A DNA stretch of 64,000 nt from Candidatus Eiseniibacteriota bacterium (GTDB lineage Bacteria > Eisenbacteria > RBG-16-71-46): positions 110,785 through 174,784 of the forward strand of contig JBGAML010000009.1 in NCBI GenBank assembly GCA_044223005.1, read 5' to 3'. The notes below the pieces were generated by a model. It had not been told where the DNA came from. It saw nothing but the letters and a program-made list of their open reading frames with translations, and did no database searches. A program made the translations under genes and the position numbers. Shown here piece after piece: positions 49,837-61,405 of the stretch (position 1 is its first letter; every line of letters starts with the position of its first letter).

Positions 49837-50842
49837 GCCACTCGAGCTGAGCACGCGCTTCACGTTCCGTATCGCGCATGGAGCGCGCCAGCGTCACGAC
49901 AACACCCTCGTCCGCCTCGAGCACGACGGGCTCGAAGGCCTGGGAGAGGCCGCGCCGTCGCACTACTACGGCGAATCCGCGGAGACGATCCGCGAGGCGC
50001 TGACCCAGTGGGCCGCGCACCTCGGCGAGGACCCGTTCGCGCTCGACGCGATCGACGCGCGCCTCGACCGCGTGCTGCAGGGACACTCGGCCGCGCGCGC
50101 CGGGCTCGAGATGGCGCTGCACGACTGGATCGGCAAGCGCCTCGGCCAGCCCGTGTGGAAGCTCTGGGGGCTCGACGCCGCGCGCACGCCGCTCTCGTGC
50201 GTGACGCTGGGCATGGCCGACCCCGAGGAGATGGAGAGGAAGCTCGAGACGGTCGCCGACTTCCCGATGATCAAGGTCAAGCTCGGCGCCCCGGGTGACG
50301 TCGCCAACCTGCGCGCGATTCGCGCGCGCTACCGCGGCAAGCTGCAGGTCGACGCCAACGCGGCGTGGGCGCCCGCCGACGCCGTGCGCGTGCTGCTGGA
50401 GATCGCGCCGCTCGGGATCGAGCTGGTCGAGCAGCCGGTCGCGCGCGAGGACCTCGACGGCCTGAAGTGGGTGCGCGAGCGCAGCCCGATCCCGGTGTTC
50501 GCCGACGAGGCGTGCCATTCCCTGCGCGACGTCGGCAACCTCGCCGGCCGCGTCGACGGCGTGAACCTGAAGCTCATGAAGACGGGTGGCATGCGAGAGA
50601 TGCGGCGCATGATCCATGCCGCGCGGGCGCACGGCATGAAGGTCATGCTGGGCTCGATGGTCGAGAGCAGCCTCGCGCTCACGGCCGCCGCACAGCTGGC
50701 GCCGCTCGCCGACTACCTGGACCTCGACGGCCACTGGCTCCTCGCCACCGACCCGTTCGCCGGCGCGCCCGGCGAGCGCGGCGTGATCGCGCTGTCGGAC
50801 CGGCCCGGGCTGGGCGTCGTACCCGCGGAGGCCGCGTCGTGA
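49820..50842 (+). CDS. Enolase-superfamily dipeptide epimerase (L-Ala-D/L-Glu epimerase or DgcA-like racemase)
   Basis: IKVKLG, VDANAAW, VEQP, ADE, NLKLMKTGG, GSMVES and DLDG. Confidence 0.9.
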   Translation: MRIRLEPLELSTRFTFRIAHGARQRHDNTLVRLEHDGLEGLGEAAPSHYYGESAETIREALTQWAAHLGEDPFALDAIDARLDRVLQGHSAARAGLEMALHDWIGKRLGQPVWKLWGLDAARTPLSCVTLGMADPEEMERKLETVADFPMIKVKLGAPGDVANLRAIRARYRGKLQVDANAAWAPADAVRVLLEIAPLGIELVEQPVAREDLDGLKWVRERSPIPVFADEACHSLRDVGNLAGRVDGVNLKLMKTGGMREMRRMIHAARAHGMKVMLGSMVESSLALTAAAQLAPLADYLDLDGHWLLATDPFAGAPGERGVIALSDRPGLGVVPAEAAS

Positions 50843-52266
50843 ACCGCCGCACCCTGGCCTTCGTCACCGCGACCAGCGTGCTCGCGGTGGCGCTGCTCGT
50901 GCTCCAGTCGCCGCCCGCGTTCGCGCAGCGGTGGGAGCACTACGTGGCCTGGGTGGTGATCTGCCTGATCTCCGAGACCATGTGGAGCAACACGCTGACC
51001 GGCGACGCGACGTGGAGCGTGGCGAGCACGGCGGGCTTGTCGGCGGTCGTGCTGCTCGGCCCCGAGGCCGGCATGCTCGTCTCGGGCGTCAGCACGTGGA
51101 TCGCGGATCTCTTCCTGCAGCGCAAGGAGTGGTACAAGGCGCTGTTCAACGGCTCGCAGAGCACGCTCTCGGCCTGGGTCGCCGGCATGGCGTTCACCGC
51201 GCTCGGCGGGCGGGCCGGCCTGCCGCTCGTGAACGGCGTCGCCGAACTCGACCGCACGGTGGCGACGGCGCTCGTGCTGCCGTTCGTGGGCCTCGTGCTC
51301 GCGTACTTCGCGCTCAACCGCGCGAGCGTCGCCACGGTGGTCGCGTGGAGTTCGGGCCGACCGTTCTGGCGCGTGCTGCGCGAGGACTGGCTCTACCTGG
51401 CCAAGCTCGAGGTGGACACGGCCTCGTTCCTGCTCGTGCCGCTCGTCGTGATCTCGTTCACCGCGGTCGGCTATCCCGGCGTGCTGCTCTTCTATGCGCC
51501 GCTCTTCATGCTGTTCCAGTCGGACCGTCGCTACCTCGAGCTCAAGCGCGCCGAGGCGCAGAACCTGCGCAACGCGGCCTTCGCCGCCAAGGGCGAGATC
51601 GCGGGCGGCATCGGTCACAACCTGAAGAACATGCTGGTCGGCATCCAGAACCCGGCGCAGCTGATTCGCCTCGCGATCCAGAACGGCCGGCTCGAGGACG
51701 CCCAGCGCCACGCGCTCAAGATCGAGGAGAACGCCAAGCGCATCTCCGAGGTCGCGAGCTGGCTGCAGGACTACAAGCGCGCGGGCGTCGACTCGCAGCC
51801 GCTGGACCTGAACGCGCTGATCCTGCGCACGGTCGACCTGGTGAAGGGTGACAAGCGCCTGAACGGCGTGGCGTGGGACGTGGAGCTCGACGATCACCTG
51901 CCGACCGTGCAGGGCCAGTCCGGCATGCTGCAGGACGTGTTCGTGAACCTGTTCCTGAACGCCGCCGATGCGATGTCGGCGCAGGAGACGCCGCGGAAGA
52001 TCTCGGTGCAGACCGAGTTCGACTCGGGCACGCGCGACGCGATCGTGCGCGTGATCGATTCCGGCCCGGGCATCTCGGCCGAGAACCTGCCGCGCATGTT
52101 CCGGCCCACGTTCACGACCAAGCCCAACGGCCACGGCTTCGGGCTCTCGACCGCGCAGCGTTCGATCGAAGGCCACGGCGGCCGCATCTCGGTGACGAGC
52201 CCGCCCGGCAGCGGCGCGCAGTTCATGATCCAGCTTCCGCTGCAGCGGCCTGCGGGGGAACGCTGA
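50839..52266 (+). CDS. Membrane sensor histidine kinase (multi-TM sensor, HisKA-like, HATPase_c)
   Basis: About 7 TM segments; GHNLKN H-box, NLFLNAADA, DSGPGI, FTTK and GHGFGL. Confidence 0.88.
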   Translation: MNRRTLAFVTATSVLAVALLVLQSPPAFAQRWEHYVAWVVICLISETMWSNTLTGDATWSVASTAGLSAVVLLGPEAGMLVSGVSTWIADLFLQRKEWYKALFNGSQSTLSAWVAGMAFTALGGRAGLPLVNGVAELDRTVATALVLPFVGLVLAYFALNRASVATVVAWSSGRPFWRVLREDWLYLAKLEVDTASFLLVPLVVISFTAVGYPGVLLFYAPLFMLFQSDRRYLELKRAEAQNLRNAAFAAKGEIAGGIGHNLKNMLVGIQNPAQLIRLAIQNGRLEDAQRHALKIEENAKRISEVASWLQDYKRAGVDSQPLDLNALILRTVDLVKGDKRLNGVAWDVELDDHLPTVQGQSGMLQDVFVNLFLNAADAMSAQETPRKISVQTEFDSGTRDAIVRVIDSGPGISAENLPRMFRPTFTTKPNGHGFGLSTAQRSIEGHGGRISVTSPPGSGAQFMIQLPLQRPAGER

Positions 52267-53225
52267 GCCATCCGGCCGGCGACGCGCGCGCCACGACGGG
52301 CCCGGGGCCCGGGGCGCGACCGCTCGAAGCGATCGTCCGGCGCGTGGACTTCGGCGCCGTGGCGCTCGTGGCCGACGACGGCACGAGCCTCGAGGCCACG
52401 GTGCGCGGGCGCGTCATGGGCGCGCGCAAGGCGCTCGGCAACGCCGTCGTGGTGGGTGACCGCGTCACGCTGGAGTGGGAGGGTGAGCGCGCCGCGGTGA
52501 CCGGCGTCGCGCCCCGCCGTTCGGCGTTCTCGCGCCGTGCGAGCGGCGAGCGCGTCGAGGAGCAGGTCGTGGCGGCCAACGTCGACCAGGTCGTGATCGT
52601 GGCGTCGCTGCGCCGGCCCGACTTCAAGCACGGACTCGTCGACCGCGTGCTCGCGCAGGCGGACGTGGCGGGGCTGCCCGCGCTGATCGCGATCAACAAG
52701 ACCGATCTCGGCGACACCGACGAGGCCGAATCGCTGATCGCCGACTACGCGCCGGCGGGCGTGCGCGGCGTCGCCACGTGCGGGATCTCCGGCCGTGGCG
52801 TGGACGCACTGCGCGAGGCGTGCCGGCGGAAGCGCTCGCTGTTCGTCGGGCACTCGGGCGTGGGCAAGAGCACACTGCTCGACCACCTCGCGCCCGGCCA
52901 CGAGCTGCTCGCGGGCGAGGTCAACGCGCGCACCGGCAAGGGCCGGCACACGACGACCGCCGCGCTGCTGTTGCGACCGGCGCCGGATCTCGAGTTGATC
53001 GACACGCCGGGCGTGCGCGCGTTCGGGCTCTGGGGTGTCGACGCCGAGAACCTGGCCACGCACTATCCCGAGATCGCACCGCACCTGGGCCAGTGTCGTT
53101 TCGGTGACTGCCGCCACGACCGCGAGCCCGGCTGCGAGGTGCGCGCGGCGCTCGCGCGCGGCGAGATTCCGGCCCGCCGCTGGGAGTCGTACCTGCACCT
53201 GCGCGAGGAACTCGCCTCCGACTGA
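52263..53225 (+). CDS. rsgA: Ribosome small subunit-dependent GTPase RsgA (start uncertain)
   Basis: VVGD, AANVD, NKTDL, GHSGVGKSTL, GKGRHTTT, DTPG and CRFGDCRHDREPGC. Confidence 0.9.
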   Translation: MSHPAGDARATTGPGPGARPLEAIVRRVDFGAVALVADDGTSLEATVRGRVMGARKALGNAVVVGDRVTLEWEGERAAVTGVAPRRSAFSRRASGERVEEQVVAANVDQVVIVASLRRPDFKHGLVDRVLAQADVAGLPALIAINKTDLGDTDEAESLIADYAPAGVRGVATCGISGRGVDALREACRRKRSLFVGHSGVGKSTLLDHLAPGHELLAGEVNARTGKGRHTTTAALLLRPAPDLELIDTPGVRAFGLWGVDAENLATHYPEIAPHLGQCRFGDCRHDREPGCEVRAALARGEIPARRWESYLHLREELASD

Positions 53226-53260
53226 CGTTCGGTCCGCGCGTAGGCTATCCTGCGCGCTCC

Positions 53261-54487
53261 ATGGCGGGACTTCCGGCGTTCCAGCGCGGGCTCGAGGCCC
53301 TCGAGTGTCACGACTGCGGCGCGTCCTGCGACCTCGCGCAGCCGCGGAGCGTGTGCCCCGCGTGCGGCCGGCCGCTGGTGGCGCTCTACGACCTGGCGCG
53401 GATCGCGCGCGAGGTGCCGCGCGACTCGCTGGGCCGCTTCGGCAGCGATCTCTGGCGCTACCGCGCGGTGCTGCCGTTCGCGCCCGAGTTCCCGCTCGTG
53501 CGCCTGGGCGAGGGCGGCACGCCGCTGCTGCCGCTGCCGGCGCTCGCGGCCGACGTGGGCGTCGCCGAACTCTGGATGAAGGAGGAGGCCGGGAACCCGA
53601 CCGCCTCGTTCAAGGCGCGGGGGCTCGCGCTCGCCGTGAACGGTGCGGTCGCGTTCGGCGTGCGCGGCATCGCGCTGCCGTCGGCGGGCAACGCCGGCTC
53701 CGCCGCCGCCGCGTACGCCGCGGCGGCCGGGCTGCCCTGCCGCGTCGCGGTCCCCGACGACACGCCCGAGGCGTTCGTGCTCGAGGCGAGGGCGTTCGGC
53801 GCCGAGGTCCGGCTCGTGCCGGGCACGATCGCCGACGCCGGGCGCGAGATCGCCGCGTGGGCGCCCGCGCCGGAGTGGTGGAACGTCGCCACGTTCAAGG
53901 AGCCGTTCCGGCTCGAGGGCAAGAAGACGCTCGGCTACGAGATCGCCGAGCAGCTCGGCTGGAACCTGCCCGACGTCATCCTCTACCCGACGGGGGGCGG
54001 CACCGGGCTCGTGGGCATGTTCCGCGCGTTCCGCGAACTGGCGACGCTCGGCTGGACGGACGGCCGCATGCCGCGCCTGGTCGCGGTGCAGGTCGAGGGC
54101 TGCCGGCCGGTCGTCCGGGCGTTCGACGAAGGCGCCCCCACGGCGCGCCCGTGGGAGAATGCGAGCACGGTGGCGAGCGGCCTGCGCGTGCCGTCGCCCT
54201 TCGCCGACACCCTGATCCTGGCCGCCATCCGCGAGAGCCGCGGCACCGCCATCGCCGTGTCGGAAGCGGACATGCTCGACGCCATGAACGAGCTCGCCCG
54301 CAGCGAGGGCACCTACGCCTGCCCCGAGGGCGCGGCCACCCTCGCCGCCCTGCGCCAGTTGCGGCGCAGCGGGGAGGTGGCGGCGGGCGAGCGCGTGGTG
54401 ATCTACGATACCGGCAGCGGGCTCAAGTACCCCGAGGCCTGGCGCGCGGCACTCGCGCGCCGGGGGCCGCAGGAGGTGTCGAGATGA
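53261..54487 (+). CDS. thrC: Threonine synthase family PLP enzyme
   Basis: N-terminal CxxC/Cxx[34 protein letters not shown] and TGSGLKY. Confidence 0.82.
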   Translation: MAGLPAFQRGLEALECHDCGASCDLAQPRSVCPACGRPLVALYDLARIAREVPRDSLGRFGSDLWRYRAVLPFAPEFPLVRLGEGGTPLLPLPALAADVGVAELWMKEEAGNPTASFKARGLALAVNGAVAFGVRGIALPSAGNAGSAAAAYAAAAGLPCRVAVPDDTPEAFVLEARAFGAEVRLVPGTIADAGREIAAWAPAPEWWNVATFKEPFRLEGKKTLGYEIAEQLGWNLPDVILYPTGGGTGLVGMFRAFRELATLGWTDGRMPRLVAVQVEGCRPVVRAFDEGAPTARPWENASTVASGLRVPSPFADTLILAAIRESRGTAIAVSEADMLDAMNELARSEGTYACPEGAATLAALRQLRRSGEVAAGERVVIYDTGSGLKYPEAWRAALARRGPQEVSR

Positions 54488-55791
54488 GACGCGGGATCGC
54501 CATCGTATTCGCCGTGCTCGCGGCGTGCGTCCTGGTGGCCGCGACGCCGCGCCGAGACGCGGCGCCGGTTCCGGCCCCGCGGCACGTGCTGGTCGCCACG
54601 CTCACGGGCGTCGTGTCGCCGGTGATGGACGAAGCGCTGCGCGACGCGCTCGCGCGGGCCGAGGCCGAGCACGCGACCGCGCTCGTGCTGGAGATCGACA
54701 CGCCGGGCGGGCTCGAGTCGAGCATGCGCAGCATGGTGCAGCGCCTGCTCGCGTCGCCGCGGCCGGTGATCGCGTGGGTGACGCCGTCCGGCGGGCACGC
54801 CGCGTCGGCAGGCGTCTTCATCGTCATGGCGTGCGACGTCGCCGCGATGTCCCCGGGGACCAACATCGGCGCGGCGACGCCGATCTCGATGAACGGCCCC
54901 ATGGACTCGACGCTCGCGCGCAAGGCGACCAACGATGCGGCGGCATTCGCGCGCACCGTGTCCGCGCAGCGCGGACGCAACGGCGTGTGGGCCGAACGCG
55001 CGGTGCGCGAGGCCGTCGCGCTCTCGGAGACCGAGGCGGTGAGCGAGCACGTGGTGGATTTCGTCGCGGGCGACCTGCCCGACCTGCTCGCGCACGCCGA
55101 CTCGCTCACGTGGCGGCGCGGCGAGCAGCGGCTCGTGCTCGGGACACGGGGCGCGGCGGTGACGCGCATCGAGCCCAACCTGCGGCAGCGCCTGCTCGGG
55201 CACCTCGCGGACCCGAACATCGCCTACCTGCTCATGATGCTGGGCTTCTACGGCCTGATCTTCGAGCTGCAGAATCCTGGCTCGGTGCTGCCCGGGATCG
55301 TGGGCGGGATCAGCCTCGTGCTCGCGTTCTTCGCGCTCTCGACTCTCCCGGTCAACTCGGCGGGCGTGGCGTTGCTGGTCCTCGGGCTGGCGTTCCTGCT
55401 GGCCGAGATCAAGGTGCACTCGCACGGCATGCTCGCCGTGGGCGGAGCGGTCGCGCTCGCGCTCGGCGCCCTGATGCTCTTCCAGGCCGGCACCGTGCGT
55501 GTCGCGCTGCCGGTCGTGATCGGCGGCACGGCGGTCACGCTGGTGTTCTTCCTCGGCGTGATCGGCGCAGGTCTCGCCGCGCGGCGGCTGCCCGTCACGA
55601 CGGGCAGCGCCGGGATGACCGGCCGGCGCGCCACGGTGATCGAGCGCCTCGCGCCCGGCGGGCGCGTGCGGCTCGGAGACGAGGTGTGGAACGCGACGGC
55701 CGATGCCGCGATCGATGCGGGGGCCGTCGTCGAAGTGCTGGGAATCGAAGGGATGACATTGAAGGTTCGACTCGTTCGCCAGGAGGCATGA
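54484..55791 (+). CDS. nfeD: Membrane-bound serine protease NfeD (long form)
   Basis: [22 protein letters not shown] segment with ELQNPG, and C-terminal OB domain; next to stomatin. Confidence 0.9.
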   Translation: MRRGIAIVFAVLAACVLVAATPRRDAAPVPAPRHVLVATLTGVVSPVMDEALRDALARAEAEHATALVLEIDTPGGLESSMRSMVQRLLASPRPVIAWVTPSGGHAASAGVFIVMACDVAAMSPGTNIGAATPISMNGPMDSTLARKATNDAAAFARTVSAQRGRNGVWAERAVREAVALSETEAVSEHVVDFVAGDLPDLLAHADSLTWRRGEQRLVLGTRGAAVTRIEPNLRQRLLGHLADPNIAYLLMMLGFYGLIFELQNPGSVLPGIVGGISLVLAFFALSTLPVNSAGVALLVLGLAFLLAEIKVHSHGMLAVGGAVALALGALMLFQAGTVRVALPVVIGGTAVTLVFFLGVIGAGLAARRLPVTTGSAGMTGRRATVIERLAPGGRVRLGDEVWNATADAAIDAGAVVEVLGIEGMTLKVRLVRQEA

Positions 55792-55793
55792 AC

Positions 55794-56558
55794 ATGGGAC
55801 CGTTCGCTGTTCTCGTATTGTTCCTGATCTTTCTCGGGGTGGTGTTCCTCGCCAACGCCATCCGCGTCGTGCGCGAGTACGAACGCCTCGTCGTCTTCCG
55901 TCTCGGCCGGCTGATCGGCGAGAAGGGACCCGGCCTCGTGCTGCTGATCCCGGTGATCGACCGCGCGGTGAAGGTGGGCCTGCGCACCGTGACGATGGAC
56001 GTGCCGCCGCAGGACATCATCACGCGCGACAACGTGTCGGTGAAGGTGAACGCGGTGATCTACTTCCGCGTCGTCGATTCGCGCCAGGCGGTCGTGCAGG
56101 TGGAGAACTTCCTCTACGCCACCAGCCAGATCGCCCAGACGACGCTGCGCTCGATCCTCGGCCAGCAGGAACTCGACGAACTGCTGTCCGAGCGCGAGAA
56201 GCTGAACCTCGCCCTGCAGCAGGTGATCGATCGCCAGACCGAACCGTGGGGCGTCAAGGTGACCACGGTCGAGGTCAAGAACGTGGACCTGCCGCAGGAC
56301 ATGCAGCGGGCGATCGCGCGCCAGGCCGAAGCCGAGCGCGAGCGCCGCGCCAAGGTCATCAACGCCGAGGGCGAGTTCCAGGCCGCGCAGCGCCTGGCCG
56401 AGGCGGCCGCGGTGATCTCCAAGGAGCCGGCGGCCCTGCAGCTGCGCTACCTGCAGACGCTGGCCGAGATCGCGACCGAGAACAACTCGACCACGATCTT
56501 CCCGATTCCGATCGACCTCATGGGCGCGCTGACGAACTTCCTCCAGAAGAAGCCCTGA
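55794..56558 (+). CDS. SPFH/stomatin (slipin) family protein
   Basis: [34 protein letters not shown] and [18 protein letters not shown]. Confidence 0.95.
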   Translation: MGPFAVLVLFLIFLGVVFLANAIRVVREYERLVVFRLGRLIGEKGPGLVLLIPVIDRAVKVGLRTVTMDVPPQDIITRDNVSVKVNAVIYFRVVDSRQAVVQVENFLYATSQIAQTTLRSILGQQELDELLSEREKLNLALQQVIDRQTEPWGVKVTTVEVKNVDLPQDMQRAIARQAEAERERRAKVINAEGEFQAAQRLAEAAAVISKEPAALQLRYLQTLAEIATENNSTTIFPIPIDLMGALTNFLQKKP

Positions 56559-56670
56559 CGTTCCGGCGGGCGTGAAACCGGCGCGGCGCCGGCGCATCCA
56601 ACGGGCCGGGAACGCGCGGTCCCGGCCCACGGGGGCCGGGACCGTCGCGCGCCGGGAAGCAGGGGGAACC

Positions 56671-57144
56671 GTGCAGGAGTTCACGAGCGCCGCGCTTGCC
56701 GCGGAGGCGCTGCAGCTCTACGACGAGGCCTTCGAGAAGCACTCCGGCGTGTTCCTCGACAAGGGCACGACGCTGTTCGAGACGCTGGCGCGGCTCGACG
56801 CCGCCACGGCGTCGCGTGCGGTCGGGCCGGATTCGGGTTCGATCGCGGCGCACGTCGAGCACCTCGCGTTCTATCTCCAGGTCTCCGAGGCCTACTGGCT
56901 GGGCACGCCTCCCGAGAAGGTCGACTGGAAGGCGATCTGGCGCACGACGCGCGCGGTGACGCCCGAGCGCTGGGCCGCGATCCTCGCCGAGCTGCACGCC
57001 ACGCATGCGCGCGTGCGCGCGCGCCTCGCCGATCCCGCGGCGTGGCCGGCCGGCACCGAGGCCGGCCAGCTGTTCGCGCTCACCGTCCACACGGCGTACC
57101 ACCTCGGCGCGATCCGCCAGATCCTCCACGTCGCCGCGGCCTGA
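56671..57144 (+). CDS. DinB/YfiT-family protein
   Basis: SIAAHVEHL and C-terminal HTAYHLGAIRQ histidine motifs. Confidence 0.75.
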   Translation: MQEFTSAALAAEALQLYDEAFEKHSGVFLDKGTTLFETLARLDAATASRAVGPDSGSIAAHVEHLAFYLQVSEAYWLGTPPEKVDWKAIWRTTRAVTPERWAAILAELHATHARVRARLADPAAWPAGTEAGQLFALTVHTAYHLGAIRQILHVAAA

Positions 57145-57189
57145 CGGCCGCGGCTTGTCGCGCGCTCCTGCGCGCACGAGGCTCCCCAG

Positions 57190-58100
57190 ATGCGAGTCCT
57201 GATCGCCGGTTCGAGCGGCCTCATCGGCGGCGCGCTGCGCGACGCGCTGGCCGCGCGCGGGCACGTGGTGTCGCGCCTGGTGCGCCGCGGCACGATGGCG
57301 CCCGGCGAAGTGGCCTGGGATCCCGCGGGTGGCACGCTCGACCGCGCGGCGCTCGAGGGCGTCGACGCGGTGGTGAACCTCGCCGGCGCGGGCATCGCGG
57401 ACGAACGCTGGAGCGACGCGCGCAAGGTCGTGCTGCACGACAGCCGCGTACGCTCCACGCACCTGCTCGCCGCGGCGATCGCCGAGCGGCCGGTGCGGCC
57501 GCGCGTGTTCGTCTCGGCGTCGGCCGTGGGCTGGTACGGCGACCGCGGCGACGAGTGGCTCGACGAGTCGAGCGATCCCGGGACCGGCTTCCTCGCGGCC
57601 GTGGGCCGGGCGTGGGAGGAGGCCGCCGCGCCGGCCGCGGAGGCCGGGGTGCGCGTGGCGCACCCGCGCACCGGGCTCGTGCTGGCGACCTCGGGTGGTG
57701 CGCTCGCGAAGCTGCTGCCGCTCTTCCGGCTCGGCCTCGGCGGACCGGTGGGTTCGGGCCGGCAGTGGTGGAGCTGGATCACGCTCGACGACGCGGTGGC
57801 CGCGATCGCACACGCCCTGGAGCACGAGGCGGTGACGGGCCCGTTCAACGTCGTCGCCCCCGCGCCCGTCACCGCCGCGGCGTTCGCCACGCAGCTCGGG
57901 CGGGCGCTCTCGCGCATCGCGGCGCTGCCCGCCCCGGCATTCGCGCTGCGGGCCGTCATGGGCCGCGAACTCGCGGACGAAGTGCTGCTCGCGAGCCAGC
58001 GCGTGCGGCCGGGCGTGCTCGTGCGCACCGGGTTCGCGTTCCGCGACCCGGCGCTGGACGGCGCGCTGCGCCGGCTGCTCGAGCCCGCGGGGGCGCGGGC

Positions 58101-58104
<4 letters not shown>
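57190..58104 (+). CDS. TIGR01777-type NAD-dependent epimerase (YfcH/SDR39U1-like)
   Basis: GSSGLIG, VVNLAGAGI, SASAVGWYG, GSGRQWWSWI and SQRVRP. Confidence 0.9.
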
Positions 58105-58795
<691 letters not shown>

Positions 58796-58799
<4 letters not shown>

Positions 58800-61405
58800 T
58801 CGCACTGATCCGCGGGCTGGTGCTGCGGCGGCTGCTGCGCGAGCGCGGCCGAACGCTGCTCGCGGTGGCGGGCGTGGCGCTTGGCGTGGCGGTGTTCGTC
58901 GCGGTGCGGCTCGCGGCCGGATCGGCGATGGCGTCGTTCGCGGATACCGTGGACGCGGTCGCAGGCCGCGCCAATCTCCAGGTGCTCGCGCGCGGCGACG
59001 GCTTCGACGAGCGGCTCTTCCTGCGCGTGCGGTCGGCGCGCGGGGTCGAGGCCGCGGCGCCGGTGGTACAGGTGAGCGTGCTCGCGAAGGCCGGCGGCGC
59101 GCGCGGGGGCGGCGCGGTCGAGGCCGGCTCGCGCGGCGGGTACGACGAGACGCTGCTGGTGCTCGGGCTCGACCCGCTGGTCGAGGCGCCGTTCGTGCGG
59201 CTCGAGACCGCGGGCGGCGCGGGGATCGGCGGTGCCGCGGGCGCGTTGCGGCTCATGACCGACCCGAGCGCGATCGCGGTGACGCGCGCGTTCGCCGCGC
59301 GGCACGGCCTCGCCGCCGGCGACACGGTGACGATGCTGGTGGCCGGCGCGCCGCGCCCGTTCACGATCGGCGCCGTGCTCGAGACCGCCGGCCTGCAGCA
59401 GGCCATGGGCGGCAACGTGGTGATCTGCGACCTCGCGACGGCGCAGGAGGTCTTCGGGCGCATCGGCCGGCTCGACCGGATCGACCTGGTGGTCGCGCCG
59501 CGCGAGCGCGACCGCGTGCGGCGCGAACTCGCGGCGATCCTGCCACCCGACGCGGGCGTCGACCTGCCGGTGGCGCGCACGCGCCAGGTCGAGAACATGG
59601 TGCGGGCGTTCTCGCTCAACCTGACCGCGCTCACGTTCATCGCCGTCTTCGTCTCGACGTTCCTGATCTTCAACGCCATGGCGATGGCGGTCGTCCGCCG
59701 CCGCCGCGACATCGGCGTCCTGCGCGCGCTCGGCATGTCGCGGGCGCGCGTCGCCGCGCTGTGGCTGGTGGAAGCGGGACTGGTCGGCGTCGCGGGTAGT
59801 GCGGCGGGGCTGCTGCTCGGCCGGGCGATGGCGGGCGGCACGCTCGGGTTCGTGGGGCGCACGCTCACCGATCTCTACCTGGTGCCGCACACGCGCGACG
59901 TCCGGATCGATCCCTTCACGCTCGCCGCCGGCGCCGCGATCGGCGTGGGCGCGAGCCTGCTGTCGGCGCTGCTGCCGGCGCTGGAGGCGGCCTCGACGCC
60001 GCCGGGCATGACGCTGCGGCAGGGCGCGCTGCTGGAGGCGCAGCCGCTGCCGCTGCGGGCGCTCTCGTTCGCCGGCGCGGGCGCGCTCGTGCTCGCCGCG
60101 GCGACCGCCGCGTGGACGACGTGGGCGCGCGTCGCGTGGGGCGGGTTCGCGTGCGCCGGACTCGTGCTCGTGGGCTTCTCGCTGCTCGCGCCGTTCGCGA
60201 CGCTGGCCGCCGAGCGGCTCACGCGCCCGTTCGCGCGCCGCTTCGGGATCGAGGTCGCGCTCGGCGCCCGGGCGCTGCGCGAGACCGTCGCGCGCGCGAG
60301 CGCGGTGGTGGCGGCGCTGATGGTCGCGGTGGGCATGCTCGTGGCGCTGACGATCATGGTCGGCAGCTTCCGGCGTACGGTGGACACGTGGATCACCCAG
60401 ACGCTGCGCGGCGACCTCTACGTGGAACCGGTCGGCCATCGCGTCTCGGCCGCGGCGACGGTGCTGCCGCCCGAACTCGTGCGGGCCGCGCGCGGGATTC
60501 CCGGCGTGGTCGCGGTGGACACCTACCGCGCGACGCCGATCACCTGGCGGGGGGCGATCGCGACCGAGGTCGGGATCGACTTCCGCGTCCAGCGCGACCA
60601 CGGCCATCTCGCGTTCGTGGACGGCCGCGACCACCGCGTCGTGCTGGACCAGGCGCTGCGCGAGGGTGGCGTGATCGTCACCGAGAGCTTCGCGCACGCG
60701 CACCACGTGCGTACCGGCGACGCGCTGGCCCTGCCGGGCCGCGCGGGGGCCGAACGTGCGATCGTGCGCGGGATCTTCTACGACTACAGCACCGAGGGCG
60801 GCGCCGTGCTCATGGACGGCGCCGAGTTCGCGCGCCGCTGGGGCACGGACCGCGTCGAGAGCATGGCGCTCTACGTGGCGCCCGGGGCCGACGTCGAGCG
60901 GGTCCGGCGCGCGTTCGTCGCGGCGTGCGGGCCCGGCCGGCTCGTGCACGTGACGCCGAACGTGGCCCTGCGGCGGCGCGTGCTCACGGTGTTCGACCAG
61001 ACGTTCCAGGTCACGTGGGCGCTGCAGGGGATCGCGGTGCTGGTCGCCGTGCTCGGCGTCGTGAGCACGCTCACCGCGCTGGTCCTGCAGCGCGGGCGCG
61101 AGATCGGCATCCTGCGCGCGAGCGGCGCGACGCGCGCGCAGGTGCGGCGCATGGTGCTCGCCGAGAGCGGCCTGCTGGGGCTCGCGGGCTCGGGGCTCGG
61201 CTGCGTCGCCGGCGTCGCGCTGGCGCTCGTCCTCACCGCGGTCATCAACCGGCAGTTCTTCGGCTGGACCGTCCAGTTCACCGTCGACCCGTGGGTGTTC
61301 GTGCGCGCCGTGGCGCTCCTGCTGGCCGTCTCGCTGCTCGCCGGGCTCGTGCCCGCGCACCTCGCCGCCGGGCGCGTCTCCGCCGAGGCGATGCGGGTCG
61401 ACTGA
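58796..61405 (+). CDS. FtsX/MacB-type ABC permease, duplicated
   Basis: Two FtsX repeats (RRRDIGVLRALG; RGREIGILRASG) with periplasmic domains; INRQFFGW. Confidence 0.9.
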
